A DNA stretch of 64,000 nt from the human T2T-CHM13v2.0 reference genome, Homo sapiens. The position numbers were made by a program, and so were the translations under genes. Within the stretch, counting starts at the first letter, position 1, and each line of letters begins with the position of its first letter. Below the pieces are notes generated by a model. It was given only the letters and a program-made list of their open reading frames with translations. It made no database searches and had not been told where the DNA came from. Of the stretch, positions 1 through 20,892 are shown piece by piece. The stretch is from assembly GCF_009914755.1 (NCBI RefSeq), contig NC_060931.1, one strand, 5' to 3'.

Positions 1-58
1 TGCCCGCCTCGGCCTCCCAAAGTGCTGGGATTACAGGCGTGAGCCACTGCATCCGGCC
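1..58 (-). mobile_element. Alu 5' end (cut by window edge)
   Basis: GCCTCCCAAAGTGCTGGGATTACAGGCGTGAGCCAC. Confidence 0.95.
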
Positions 59-99
59 TGGGAATTCTTTATGAAACTGTGGGATTAAGAAAATCTTGG

Positions 100-1120
<1,021 letters not shown>

Positions 1121-2035
1121 AAAAGTGACAAAATTGTTCATCTTAGAAGAGCTCTGCTGGGTGTAATTAGGGATATGCAAGTACCCTCTCATGACACAGC
1201 TTTGTACATAAATGTATGTGGTCTACTTCAATTCCCAGATATTTTTATTTTTCTGATACTATTGATTTAAAAAAGAGAAACCCAAAACTTTAACAGGAGA
1301 TTGAGCTGTTTTTCTACATATTCTAAAATTCCAGAAGCAAAGAGATCGCCTGGGCCTAGAAATACAGTATAAATTTAGTATAGATCATTACCCACTAAGA
1401 ATCAGTTGATTTCATCTTTGGTCTCTAATTTCTGATATATGGTTAGAATAGTTTCCAATTTAAAGAATCTCTTGGAGACTAGGGACCAGTAAAAGGAAAA
1501 AGATGACAATACTAGTTAATGTCACAGCAGTAGTTATTTCAAAACTTTCACAAATTGAATGTTTTATAGATCGTGCCAGATAAACATGCCAGGACTTAGC
1601 CACCATCCAAAAACCCTGTCATCAAAACTGAATTGTTTCCCCTTATGGTAATAGGCCTGGGAAATAAATCCATAAATTTAAAGAAGCAATGTTAGATAAG
1701 AAAAAAATTTTATACTTAAAAGGATAAAAACATACATGTCAGATAGTGTTTAGATAGCATTCATCTCGCTAATTATTTTTTCCATTCTTTGCATGTTTCT
1801 TCAAGCTAGCATTAGTGCAATACCACAACTTTCAGCCTTTTATTTGAACCTCAGTATATTTAATCACAAAGGTTAAAAGTATGTGGAGTAGGTAATAGTT
1901 TGAACCTGGAAAGATCAGGGATTTTGATGGAATACCAGATTGTGGAATCAGTGAAATCCAACTTGTAAAGAATATATTATGCACAAAGGTTTTTCAAGTG
2001 AAAAATATCAAAGTTTAAGAAATTTGGCAAACGTA

Positions 2036-2347
2036 CAGTTAAGTTTATATGAGGGATTAGTTCCAGGACCTTCTGTGGATGTTCGAATCTCTGATATGAT
2101 AGGCATAGTGTTTGCATATAACTTATGCACATCCTCCTGTATTCTTTAAATCATCTTTAAATTACTTGTAATACCTAATATAAAGTAAATGCTGTGCAAA
2201 TAGTTGTTATACCTATTGTTTAGGAAGTAATGACAAGAAAAGAAAATGTACATCTTCAGCACGGATGCAAGTTTTTTCCTAATATTTTCAATTTGTGGAT
2301 TGGTTGAATCCATGGATGTGGAACCCATGGATACAAAAGGCAGATTG
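2036..2347 (+). mobile_element. MER2-like Tigger MITE
   Basis: TTCCAGGACC...TTTGCATATAAC...GGTTGAATCCATGGATGTGGAACCCATGGATAC; TA dinucleotide on both sides. Confidence 0.85.
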
Positions 2348-2373
2348 TATTTGATTATAAGAAAGACTAGTCT

Positions 2374-2666
2374 GGTCAGGCACAGTGGCTCATGGCTGTA
2401 ATCCCAGCACTTTTGGAGGCTGAGGCAGGAGGATTGCTTGAGCCCAGGGGATAGAGACCAGCCTGGGCAACATAGTGAGACTCTGACTCTATAAAAAATA
2501 AAAAAATTAGCCAAGTGTGGTGGTGCGCACCTGTGGTCCCATCTCCTTGGGAGGCTGACATAGAAGATTGCTTGAGCCTGGGAGGTTGAGACTGCAGTGA
2601 GCTATGTTGTGCCACTGCACTCCAGCTTGGGTGACAGAGCAAAGATCTGGCTCAAAAAAGAAAAAA
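2374..2666 (+). mobile_element. AluJ with TSD AAGAAAGACTAGTCT
   Basis: Dimer plus TSD. Confidence 0.93.
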
Positions 2667-2689
2667 GAAAGACTAGTCTAGCAAGCCAC

Positions 2690-3835
<1,146 letters not shown>

Positions 3836-3986
3836 AAAAAAAGGAAAGAATAGTCTAAACTATAAGGTATTCCATGGAAGAAATTCAGATTACTATGTCA
3901 CAAGTAGTAGAAAATGTTTTAATATGTCTTGGATCATGGTCTACAAATACAAATAAATATTTGACAACTAGGTATTGAATATGTAA

Positions 3987-4300
<314 letters not shown>

Positions 4301-4671
4301 TGATTCTTACATGTTTAAGTTAAAAGCCCTTTATTTTAAGGATTTTGTTTTTCTTTTCAATCTGCTGCAATTAGTACAGTATAGGATACATACTTGTTAT
4401 TTGCTTAATAATAAATTTTGACCAATATTTCATGTTTTTATCCTCAAAATTCTATTCCATACACATCTTCAGATTCTTACTGCTATTCACCATATTTTGT
4501 TATTCCATTGTAAATTGTCATTCCTAAAATTGTCTAAGAAATACTCAGAGGAATGAGTGATGGGAGTTTCAGTTGGTGCTTTCTGGAGAGAAGACTTGTC
4601 TAATAGAATGAATAGTTATAATCAGGAGAGTTCTAGGAGAGTTGCTGATGTTACTTCAAAATAAGAATAAA

Positions 4672-5272
<601 letters not shown>

Positions 5273-5529
5273 AAGAATAAAGATTTTATAATTATTTTTA
5301 AAATTTCAATCCAAGAAATGAAATATTTTGGCCCAAGTTTTTCTAGGAAGGCACATTTCCCCTACATAGTTCATCTAGAAAGTTCCATCATGTTTCTTAC
5401 AGCTCTCCAAGGAAAGCCAAATAGTAGTGTGGGACAAATCTTCACCTTAGTTAGATGCATCCAGAATCTGACATGTTCTCTTATCATCCTCATACCTTGA
5501 ATTTTCTATTTTTCTTTTTTTTAAAAAAT

Positions 5530-5802
5530 TTAATTTTATTTATTTACTTTTTGAGACAGAGTCTTGCTCTGTCACCCAGGCTGGAGTGCAGTGGCATGCT
5601 CTCAGCTCACTGCAACCTCAGCCTCCCGAGTAGCTGGGATTACAGGCATGTGCCACCACGCCCAGCTATTTTTTTTGTATTTTTAGTAGAGACAGAGTTT
5701 CACCATATTGGCCAGGCTGGTCTCAAACTCCTGACCTTGTGATCTGCCCACTTTGGCCTCCCAAAGTGCTGGGATTACAGATGTGAGCCACCACGCCTGG
5801 CC
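5530..5802 (-). mobile_element. AluS with internal deletion
   Basis: Antisense dimer lacking part of the right arm. Confidence 0.92.
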
Positions 5803-5953
5803 TACTTTTCTTTCTTTACCATACCTTGGTTTTTGCCTGCTATACACCCTCAGTTGTGTTTCAAACCCAACATATTGATACAATGATTCCATTAAGCTGT
5901 ATGTGCATATATATGTGTGTGTGTGTATATATATATGTGTATATATATATATA

Positions 5954-6969
<1,016 letters not shown>

Positions 6970-7548
6970 TTAGACTTGAATTATTTATTACATACACGAG
7001 GCATGGAGATTATTGAATATAAGCTTTTTGATCCATCATTATTACCACCTTGAGACCTGTAGTATCTAAGACAACAAAAGCTAACGTGGAAGGCACAGAA
7101 CACTGGACGTGTGGCCCAGACACGTCTCAGATGAAGATGGTGGAGAGAAAGCGGGACAAGGCCCAGGTGGAATCTGGGCTTGTGAGTGACATGAGTGGAG
7201 CTTAATATGTTTTCTTCTCATGCCCCACCTCTCACACCACCACATTCCCAGCATTTCTTTGGATTCTTTGCAGTTCCCAAATTTACTTATCTAGAGCAGG
7301 GGCCTGGAAGAATTATTTCCATTCTTGGGAATGTGGGCACAAGACTCACATTCTTGGCTTTTACATCATAGTGCATTTTCTATCCTAAGTATCCTCAGGG
7401 CCTAGATTTTTGAAGCTCAAAAGGGAACAAATAATGTACCTTTTTTCTCTACATCCTTGGTGTTATCCCCACCTTTAGGCCATGGATACCAAATACTCTA
7501 GATCTGGGGCCTGCAGACTTTTTCTGTAAAGTGCCAGAGAGTAATTCT

Positions 7549-7895
7549 GTTTTTTTTTTAAGACAGGATCTCACTCTTTTGTCCAGGCTGGAGTGTAGTG
7601 GCATGATCGCGGCTCACTGCAGCCTTGATCCTCTGGGCTCAAGTGATCCTTCCACCTCGGTCTCCCAAGTTTGTCAATTCTAAAGAGCCTGGGCAACATA
7701 GTGAGACCCCATATCTAAAAAAAAAAAAGAAATTAGCTGGGAATAGTGGCACATGCCTTTAGTCTTATTTATTTGGGAAGCTGAGGCAAGAGGATTGCTT
7801 GTGCCAGGAGTTTGAGGCTGCAGTGAGCTATGATCAAGCCACTGTACTGCAGCCTGGGTGACAGAGCAAGACCCTGTCTCAAAAACCAAAAAAAA
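7549..7895. mobile_element. Two truncated AluJ pieces in opposite orientation (7549-7670 -, 7686-7895 +)
   Basis: Antisense right arm followed by a 5'-truncated sense copy; preceded by a short MER58-like start (ACTTTTTCTGTAAAGTGCCAGA). Confidence 0.85.
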
Positions 7896-7899
7896 GATA

Positions 7900-8625
<726 letters not shown>

Positions 8626-8639
8626 ATTATTCAAATTTG

Positions 8640-9335
8640 ACCAACTTTTCCACTTAATGTCCTTTTCTGTCCCAGGATCCAATCCAGCATGTGGTACTGC
8701 ATTTAATGATTATACCTCCTTCGATTTCTCCAACATGTAACAGTTTCTCAGTCTTTCCTTGTTTTTTTGACCTTGACAGTTGTCAGAGACTTGTCAGATA
8801 TTTTGTAGATGTCCTTCAAACTGGGTTTGTCTGATGTTTTCTTAGGAACTGAGTTGATGGCTTTTGGGAAGACTATTACAGAGGTGAAGTACCCTTCTCT
8901 TTTCATCATGTCAGGGACTATCTGATGTCACCATGACATCACTGATGACGTTAACTTTGATCTCTTCGTTAGGATGGTATCTGCCAGGTTTCTCCACTAT
9001 AAATTTACTACCCTTCCTTTTCCATGTGATATTCTTGGAACTCAAGTTCAGCCTCCTCTCTGCTGAAGGGGAATGAAGCTTCACCTCCTGAGGAGGTGTG
9101 GAGTATCTCTATTATTTGTAACTGTTCTGAAAGCAACATTTGTTCCTTCTTTCCCAGTTGTTTGTTTATTCAGGTATTTGTTTATGTCAGTATTGACTTA
9201 TGTATATTTGTTTTATTCTTCAAGTTGTAGTCCAATATTATTGTTTTTTGTTTTGTTGCTAAAATTTCTCAGCTTTGGCAAAGGGTTGCTCTTTCAGGTT
9301 GACTTTTGTGTCTTTCTGACATGCCTCTATCCTTT
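8640..9335 (-). mobile_element. L1MC/L1ME-type 3'UTR
   Basis: AATGTCCTTTTCTGTCCCAGGATCCAATCCAG...ACAGTTTCTCAGTCTTTCCTTG...GAGGTGAAGTACCCTTCTC. Confidence 0.7.
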
Positions 9336-9399
9336 CAAGATTTTCTTTTCTTCTCTCTCCTCCTTTTCTCCTTCCTCCTCCTTGCATCAGCCCTACAAC

Positions 9400-9980
9400 T
9401 CAGTGCTTGTTTTGATAAATTATCTCATGGAATCCTCAAGATAGCCTTGCAAGGTAGATAGATATTATTATCTCCATTTTTAGATTTTGAAACTGAAGTC
9501 ACACAGTGCTTGGCATAGTCAGACCATGAACTCAGCGGTTTGAACCACACTATTATCAACTGCTAAGCTATGTACTCTCTCCTTTTTCTGACAAGTTCGC
9601 ATTCAAAGAGAGAGGTTAGTTGAGGAGGTTCTTACTGATAGAGTTTAAAATTTTCTTATAACCGTTGCCCTGCCTTCCAGACTCTTCTGTCACTGAGAAT
9701 TCAACAATGAGCAAAACAAAAAAATTACTGTCCTCAAGGAGTCCTTATTGTAGTTGGATAATGATAGCAATGACTGAATATTTATTAAATGTTAGTCACT
9801 GTTCATCACTTTATATGTATTACCTGACATAATATTTATAATATATTACATAATATTTACAGCAGCCCCATGGGGTAGCTTCAATTATCATTTTAAAGTG
9901 AGAGAACTGAGGCACAAAGAGGTTATGTCACTTGTCCAGGATTACTCTGCCACTAAACTAAGGGTTGTGATTCGCACCTC
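9400..9980 (+). mobile_element. MIR fragments with a small L2 piece
   Basis: ATTATTATCTCCATTTT; GAGAACTGAGGCACAAAGAGGTTATGTCACTTGTCCAGG core. Confidence 0.65.
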
Positions 9981-10089
9981 TTTGTGTGTCAGAACTTAGG
10001 GACTGGGAGCAGAGAGTTGTAGTTGTGGTGATGTTCTTTATGAGTGGTATTGTGGGTCTAAATTGAGATTCAGTGAAAGTAGAAATTAT

Positions 10090-10447
<358 letters not shown>

Positions 10448-10543
10448 CTACATGAGATCAGTCACATAGGCATTCCCTCTATGGAGAATGAGAGAAATAA
10501 CTGAGAAAGACTCCCAGAGTTTATAGCATGGCAGATACGTTAG

Positions 10544-10910
<367 letters not shown>

Positions 10911-11037
10911 CTTGAACATTTTAATCACAGTAATGCAGAACTTTGAGGATACTAGCAAACAATGGCTAGTGAGTTTCATATATCATTTACTTCTTATCAA
11001 ATACAATTAATGTTAAGAGCTTAATATTAAGAGATTA

Positions 11038-11348
<311 letters not shown>

Positions 11349-11676
11349 TTAAGCTAATTAATATTAAGAGATTAAGGTTTGGAACTTCTATGGCATGAAT
11401 GGTTTGGGATTTCGAAATTGTTTCTCTATTGGTAAGTAGAGGTAGATGAATATATCCTGCAGCCCAGACCTTTTAGTAAATATTTGAGCTATTATTACCT
11501 TATATAGAACAGAAATTATTGATATGAAATGCAATTTACTTACAGCTCTCATCCACAGAGAAAGGCTTTTTTTTTTTTTTTTAACTTGTTTTGGGAAATA
11601 AAAGGTGCTTTAAAAAGAATTTTCTTCATTTTGTCTTGGGGCAGATTCACAAATAGCTTACAAGAAAGCAAGATGG

Positions 11677-12341
<665 letters not shown>

Positions 12342-12664
12342 TTATTAATACCCTCTCCATATAAGAAAGAATAAAAATCATTACAGGCAGTCAGGATGTT
12401 CAGGGCAAGTGTAAGTATTTTCTTTGTGGTGTTCTTTTTACTCTGTTCATTTGGATGCTGGCATTTCCCCCCCCTCAGTCTTATATTGAATGGCAAATTG
12501 TTTATGGAGTCTGTATCTGAATTTAGCAAGAGTTTGCTGCACTGAGGTTTCTAGTCTGTTGTCTTAACTGCCTGATACTGTGATTAAGCTAGGGCCACAG
12601 ATACCATTTGATGTTTACCCTTCTCCGTTGCCCACCAACCTGTCTTGAATTGATTCCAGAATTA

Positions 12665-12968
12665 TTCTTCTTCTTCTTTTTTTTAAGACAGGGTCTCACT
12701 CTGTCACCCAGGCTGGAGTGTCATGGCGCCATCTAAGACTGGCTGCGACCTCTGCCTCCGGGACTCAAGTGATCCTCCCACCTCAGCTTCCCAAGTGGCT
12801 CGGACTACAGGCTCGTGCCACTACACCAGGCTAATTTTTGTATTTTTTTGTAGAGAAGGGGTTTTCCCATGTTGCCCAGGATGGTCTTGATCTCCAAACC
12901 TCAAGCAATCTGCCGGCTCTGGTCTCCCAAAGTGCTGGGATTACAGGAATGAGCCACCGCGCCTGGCC
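12665..12968 (-). mobile_element. AluJ
   Basis: Antisense dimer. Confidence 0.9.
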
Positions 12969-13388
12969 AACTTCCTGAATTATCGTTGTCTCCACACCTG
13001 CTTACAGTGCTGTTCCTCAGGTATCAAAGCATCCCAGCATGTTGTGCCTTTCTCCCCATCCTCCTCTACTTTCTCCTCTGTTGTGTACTGGTAACTCGGA
13101 ATCTCTGAATGGCTGTAGAAACAGAAAAGTGGATGGGACTGATGGAAAACCCAAATTTGGGTTTCAGAAAGCTATCTGTTGTTTGACATGCAGTCTAGAA
13201 TTAATGACTATACCAGGTTACCCTTGGAACATCTTGCATTTGTGGGCAGAAACATTTGGCTACTTGCCACGGGGTTATCCTGAAAAAAGATGGGCTTGAA
13301 AAACTGTCACTAGTGTCACTTGAATTGGTCATCCATGGTTGGGGAGTTCCATTCCAAGAGGATAATTTACACAATTTAAAATAAAGGG

Positions 13389-13685
<297 letters not shown>

Positions 13686-13693
<8 letters not shown>

Positions 13694-13915
13694 GAATAAA
13701 GGGAGTGAAAGCAAGAGGTGCTCTTCAAAATTATTATTTGCTCATTGGAGAAATACACGCATGTACTACTTTGTAGTAGTAACATTTTCATTAAACAATA
13801 GAAGCCTGGCTCCCACTTCTCCAAATGAAGTGGGGGGAAAAGTGTTGTAACTGGATGTCATGATCAGTCATCTCAATTATAAAAGTTAGGTGACATTGTC
13901 TCTTTGGGACGTTGT
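13686..13915 (+). repeat. Direct repeat copy 1 (230 bp), abutting LTR12 5' end
   Basis: AGTAAGTAGAATAAAGGGAGTG...CTCTTTGGGACGTTGT, about 95% identical to 14818-15049. Confidence 0.97.
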
Positions 13916-14803
13916 TGAGCGGTGAAGCCAGCTGGGCTTCTGGGTCGGGTGAGGACTTGGAGAACTTTTCGGTTTAGCTAAAGGATTGTAAATGCACCAA
14001 TCAGCGCTCTGTGTCTAGCTAAAGGTTTGTAAACACACCAATCAGCACTCAGTAAAAACGCACCAATCAGTGCTCTGTGTCTAGCTAATTGGGTGGGGAC
14101 CTGAATAACTTTTCTGTCTAGCTAGAGGATTGTAAACACACCAATCAGCGCTCTGTGTCTAGCTAAAGGTTTGTAAATGCACCAATCAGCACTCTGTAAA
14201 AACGCACCAATCAGCATTCTGTGTCTAGCCAAAGGTTTGTAAACGCACCAATCAGCACTCTGTAAAAATGGACCAGTCAGCACTGTCTAAAATGGACCAA
14301 TCAGCACTCTGTAAAATGGACCAATCAGCAGCATGTGGGTGGGGCCAAATAAGGGAATAAAAGCTGGCCACCCGAGCCAGTGGCGGAAATCCGTTGGGGT
14401 CCCCTTCCAAGTTGTGCCAGCTACATTCTTTCGCTCCTTGCAATAAGTCTTGCTACTACTCACTCTTTGGGTCCGCACTACCTTTATGAGCTGTAACACT
14501 CACCACGAAGGTCTGCAGCTTCACTCCTGAAGCCAGCGAGACCATGAACCCACCTGGAGGAACGAACAACTCTGGACGCGCCACCTTTATGAGCTATAAC
14601 ACTCATGGCCAAGGTCTGCAGCTTCCCTCCTGAAGTCAGCGAGACCAGGATCCCACCAGAAGGAAGAAACTCCAGACATGTCCGAATATCAGAAGGAACA
14701 AACTCCAGACACACCATCTTTAAGAACTGTAACACTCACCGCGAGGGTCCGCAGCTTAATTCTTGAAGTCAGTGAGACCAAGAACCCACCAATTCCGGAC
14801 ACA
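13916..14803 (+). mobile_element. Solo LTR12 (ERV9/HERV9 LTR)
   Basis: Starts TGAGCGGTGAAGCCAGCTGGGCTTCTGGGTCGG, has tandem CACCAATCAGCACTCTG repeats and GCTGTAACACTCAC U5 repeats, ends CCAATTCCGGACACA; TG...CA termini. Confidence 0.95.
13995..14362 (+). promoter_or_regulatory. LTR12 U3 promoter: 9 CCAATCAG (NF-Y) boxes plus TATA-like AATAAAA at 14356-14362
   Basis: Motifs counted directly; NF-Y-driven promoter activity is established for ERV9 LTRs, but activity of this copy is unknown. Confidence 0.6.
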
Positions 14804-14817
14804 TTTAAATACAAATT

Positions 14818-15049
14818 AGTAAGTAGAATAAAGGGAGTGAAAGCAAGAGGTGCTCTTCAAAATTATTATTTGCTCTTTGGAGAAGAAATACACACATGTA
14901 CTACTTTGTAGTAATAACATTTTTATTAAACAATAGAAGCCTGGCTCCCACTTTTCCAAATGAAGGGGGGAGAAAGTGTTGTAATTGGATGTCATGATCA
15001 GTCATCTCAATTGTAAAAGTTAGGTGACACTGTCTCTTTGGGACGTTGT
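14818..15049 (+). repeat. Direct repeat copy 2 (232 bp), 14 bp after LTR12 3' end
   Basis: Manual alignment to 13686-13915: about 10 substitutions, one 3-bp and one 1-bp indel. Confidence 0.97.
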
Positions 15050-16608
15050 GACCAGGCCATGTGAATGGAGATTGTTGAAGGATAGGCCTCTCTCCACCAG
15101 GTATGCCAATCACGGGGGTAGGGGTGGTGACTCTTCTGTTTGGATGTTTAAAATGTACATTAAACAGACAAAATAAAATACGAATTAAAAAAAACTAAAA
15201 AACTTCTTATCACCAAAGGGCAGAAAAAAACCTGTGTAAATAATACCTTAAATTAAAATTAAGAAATTAAAAGGCAACTTGTTAATAAAAAATCTTTTGA
15301 TCCAACTTTTTTCCTTAGAATTCTAAATCTTATGTTCACTCCCTTATAACAAGTGTCAATTAATTAGAAGCTGGTAAAAATAAGGAAGTTTACCCTAATT
15401 GCTGGCTGGTGTTTTTTAGTATAGGAGTATGTGAAGAAATAAAGCTTTTTTCCCAACTCGTTTGAAGGCAGTTTGTACTGTTTTGATTTGAGAATAGGAG
15501 ACACATGATTTATCATTTAAGAATGTGCTTCTTAATCCTTTGCACCAATGATGCTTTTTGTGGAAATTCTCTACTAAACATGGTATGTGATGTTATCTTC
15601 CCTTTAAAGTGTTTTTCCCCACTTTGGCCAGTTTTGATGTTTATCATCTCTCTCTATAAGTGTTTTGATGAGATGTTGAGAGGCGTACTGGTATGGCTGT
15701 CTGCTGCCATGCTGACCCAGAAGTAGGAACTACTTTTGCTGCATTCCCTGATATTCCATCTGGCTGTAATGATATTCCCAGAGTGTTCCAGATATTTATA
15801 TGCATCTGATACAAAGTTATTATGAATTAAAAACATAAACCTGGCTTTGCAACTTGACTATATCAGGAGGAAAGTTGTTATTGGTTCATGACTTTTTGAT
15901 AAGTCTGTTACCAAGTATTTTTAAGCCATTAGGCCTTCAAGCCAAGTGATAGTCCCTGAGTAACAATGGAGGAAGCACCACTTAATCTAAGTTGCATGTG
16001 GAGGTGACAAAATCTGAGAGCTTTTAATGATTCATCCACCCCATTTAACTTAGGGCTACAAGGAAAAGTACTCTTTATGCAGTAGTTTCTCATGTAAAAG
16101 TGGGAAATTTTCTCTTCTTGGCACAATTCCACAAATACATAGATATATCCCTTTTCAAGAAAATAATGCCAGCCTCACCTTAAGTTTCTTATTTTAGGAT
16201 TGCAAATTCTAAATTATTTATTTTTGGAGTAGCCACAGAAAAATTCTGAACCTGGGCTGACTCACCCAACACAAAATGTTTTGACATAATCTTCCTTGTT
16301 TGGATTGTTGAAAGAGAATGTAAATTTATCTTACTATTAGCTTAGCTCAAACAATGAGGAAGTTAAGTTAATTGGTATGAAGCCACATTTTCTGTATTGA
16401 AGATGCATTCACAGGACAATTTTTGTTTTAGCTTTTTAGAGTCAGTGTCTTTATCATCAGTGGAGATACAAAATATATGAATATGGTTAGATCCCGTCTA
16501 ATTTGTCATGCACTTAGCAAAAACAACCCGAAAAACAAAAGGCAGTTTTCATTTATATTCATTTGGAAAATACACTTTTAAATTATTATTATCAGAAATC
16601 TAATTATA

Positions 16609-17247
<639 letters not shown>

Positions 17248-18027
17248 CCATAATCATTTTTAATTAATAAATGTTAATTGAATGTTCATAGTTTCAGAAG
17301 GAACAGTTCTATAAAATTTATAATCTGATGGCAAAAGAAAGGGGCTTCACTGGGACCTCTGTAAGATTTTTGTTTCCTGAACTTGGTGGATGAGTGGATT
17401 AATATATGATTCACGCCTGAGATATTTAGAGACTAAGAGAATGTCTGGAGGGCTGTGGTTTGGGATGCCACTGCAGTTCTGCAAATATTTCCTGTGGATT
17501 GGGGTAAGAGAGAGAAGAACATTGTGTGCTGGTTTTAGAGCCTGCGCAAGCAGGCAGAAGGAAGCTGGTGGTGTGCTGATGGTGACTGGGGCTGAGGAGG
17601 GACTTAGAAGTGACCAGGTGGAAAACAGATAGATTCATCAGTGTAAAAAAGTCTGGTGGTGAGATATCCCCAGTGATGGAGTGGAAGAGATCTTGGAAGA
17701 ACCTATTACAATGCCCCGTGTTACAATAAGTAGGCTTTAAATCCCCGTCAATCACAGGGAGCAGCAATGCTGGGTCACCAGAGTAATACAATTAAATAAG
17801 ACCTTCACTACTGCCCATACCTCTTCTCTGTGTTCTCCAGTCCCTCAACCTTATATCCAGCCATGGAGGCATTAGAAGCTAGGTTTTGCAAAATGAGGTG
17901 CTACATGGATTTGCTTCTGTCACTATTGAACACTGATGGTTTTTCTTAAGTGCTTCTGATTTTTTTGGAAGTACTGTCTGCACATGGTAGCTACTCAGAT
18001 ATTTCTCAAATCAAAATTAGTGGAATA

Positions 18028-18384
18028 GACTGGGCGCGGTGTAATCCCAGCACTTTGAGAGGCTGAGATGGGCAGATAACCTGAGGTCAGGAGTTCAAGA
18101 CCAGCCTGGCTAACATGGCGAAACTCTATCTTTACTAAAAATACAAAAATTAGCTGGGTGTGGTGTGTGTGCCTGTAGTCCCTGCTACTCGAGAGGCTGA
18201 GGCAGGAGAATTGCTTGAACTCAGGAGGTGGAGGCTCCTCCATGCCCAGCTAATTTTTGTATTTTTAGTAGAGATGGGGTTTCACTGTGTTGACCAGGAT
18301 GGTCTCGATCTCTTGACCTTGTGATCCACCTGCCTAAGCCTCCCTAAGTGCTGTGATTACAGGCATAAGCTACCATGCCTGGCC
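18028..18384. mobile_element. Fused inverted Alu halves (18028-18236 +, 18237-18384 -)
   Basis: Sense Alu stops at GGAGGTGGAGGCT and runs straight into an antisense left arm. Confidence 0.9.
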
Positions 18385-18419
18385 AGCACTTTCTTAATTT
18401 TTGGCACAAGCACACATCT

Positions 18420-18935
<516 letters not shown>

Positions 18936-19851
18936 AAACTTTTTAAACCACCCATTAGATAGTTATTCTATAAATGATCATTTTCACCAGGGCCACCACA
19001 TGTTTTACATGCCATTACATGCTCTTTCTCCTGATTTCATATTCTTTTCTGCTCTGGGATTTGGAGCCACTGTGTATGTTTGCCTATTTAGGAAGCATTG
19101 CTTGCCCTGAAGTCTGCACTTTTGAAAAGACTTTAATTGCTCTCACTTTGGGCAGTTCAAAGGTTACTGGATTTTATTTACTATCTTATTTACTTGAGTT
19201 ACTTTTATTCTGTTCTTTCATTTATCTCTATTAAATAAAGATGTAGACTGTACTTAATTGTGTTTTCCTCTTGGCGATGAAACAAGGCTAAAAGGTGATT
19301 CTTGTTAATTTGTTACTCATTTGGGTTATCCATTTATCTGGATTTGATTTGAGATGTTGTTTAGTCTTGGTTTGTAAAGAGATCTGTACTGAACATTTCT
19401 GTGTTCTTTGCCTAAAATGTCCTTTCACAGGCTGACGTAGTGCTGCTATTTGGAGTGTGGGAATCCAGCTATAGGGAATTGGTTTTATGTGAGAGTCTGG
19501 CTGAGTTTTTATTTTCTTTTCTACTCAAAGATTATGTTTTATATTCCTGTCATTTGAAATTTGATTTTGCTCCTGACAATGAAAAATATTTAACAATGGT
19601 AATTCTCTTCATTCTTTAATGATTCTATGATCCATCTGCCAGAATGTGAGCTGCATTCATTTTGTAAAAAATGTTTGATCTTTGGGACATAGATCTAATT
19701 GCTGACATAGTTTCTTTAGATTCCATGAAAATATATTTAAATTCTTAATATGAAGACAAATTTTGCGATTTATTTTCATTTAGTCTGTGTGGTTTATAAT
19801 AGTTTTTTTTCCCTCCTTATTTGAATAAGTCTTCTAGGATTTAGGATAATC

Positions 19852-19852
<1 letters not shown>

Positions 19853-19888
<36 letters not shown>

Positions 19889-19915
19889 ATGCATGTGTAT
19901 AAGTGTGTGTATGTG
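19853..19915. repeat. (TG)n microsatellite
   Basis: Direct reading. Confidence 0.95.
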
Positions 19916-20892
19916 ATTGTGAGTTTAGTTAAGGTCACTTTTAGCAAGATGCATTGACATGGTCATCAGAGCCTTTGAAATTGTAGACTCCATTTGAATA
20001 ATAGTTTTGAAGACTTTTTTTCCTTAAAAAACAGTGTATGTTGTAGGCAAGATAGTATCTTGATTCCTAGCTCCTGTCAATCTTCTGAAAACATTTATTT
20101 TGATAGTTTATTTGAAAAACATCATAGGCATGCATGGAATACTGTAAATGGCAAAAATATGCACCAGTCAGGTGAAAAGTGTTTATTAAATTCCCGCTAT
20201 ACTACTGTTTCCTGTGTCCCAGTGTTCCAGCTATTCAGATCAGACCGGACCTCTTTTCATCTGTATGGATGTTGATGTTCCAAGTAGGGAGGAATTGTGA
20301 CTCTGCCTTTTGTGTTGGCCTGAATTTGGGGAGTGCTCCTCCTGTGGGGCCGCAATCATTCTGAATTGTTCCAGGAAAGCTGTCTATAGGGGCATCCACA
20401 CTGCATTCCCATGGGAGAAGCCCCAGCTGTGTCTGCAGTGGGGTACCATGAGGGAACAAGACCTTTCGGTATCACAGAGGCTGCCTGCCTGTTGGGGTAG
20501 AAGGTGCTGTCTAGTTGAGGAAAATGAAACGTATGCATATGAAACAATTGCCAGACAAAACATACCTTTATATATTAGCGTTCCCAAGTTGGATATAGTA
20601 AAACAAAGTGGGAATTCTGTAATAAAGACAGATACCAGTGTAAACATTTTTCTTTTTTTGTTCAGTATGCTTTTGCTGCATCACAGGATACTGCTTAACT
20701 TACCAATTTATTTACCTTTGGTGACTAGGGACATATGCTTCTTAGTATTACATTTCAGAAGTTTTAGATGCTGTGTAATTAATCAGCCAGTTTTGCTGCC
20801 TTTCTGTGGTAGAGATTGAGGGGTCCAACTTCAAAGGTTATTGATGTAGTAAACCATATTAATCAGATTTTTGGTCTTTGAATAATATATGA

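Noticed and set aside
1570-1601. p53-like half-site AAACATGCCA
   Set aside because: Neighbouring decamers lack the CWWG core, so there is no full response element.
8923-8941. TGATGTCA-CCA-TGACATCA palindrome
   Set aside because: 8-bp stem within an L1 relic; expected by chance in 64 kb.
13960-14335. Regularly spaced CACCAATCAGCACTCTG repeats that superficially resemble a CRISPR array
   Set aside because: These are the normal U3 tandem repeats of LTR12; the spacers are themselves repeated, the DNA is primate, and there are no cas genes.
20310-20819. Longest ORF (169 aa)
   Set aside because: Non-ATG start, no recognisable domain, composition typical of random AT-rich intron.
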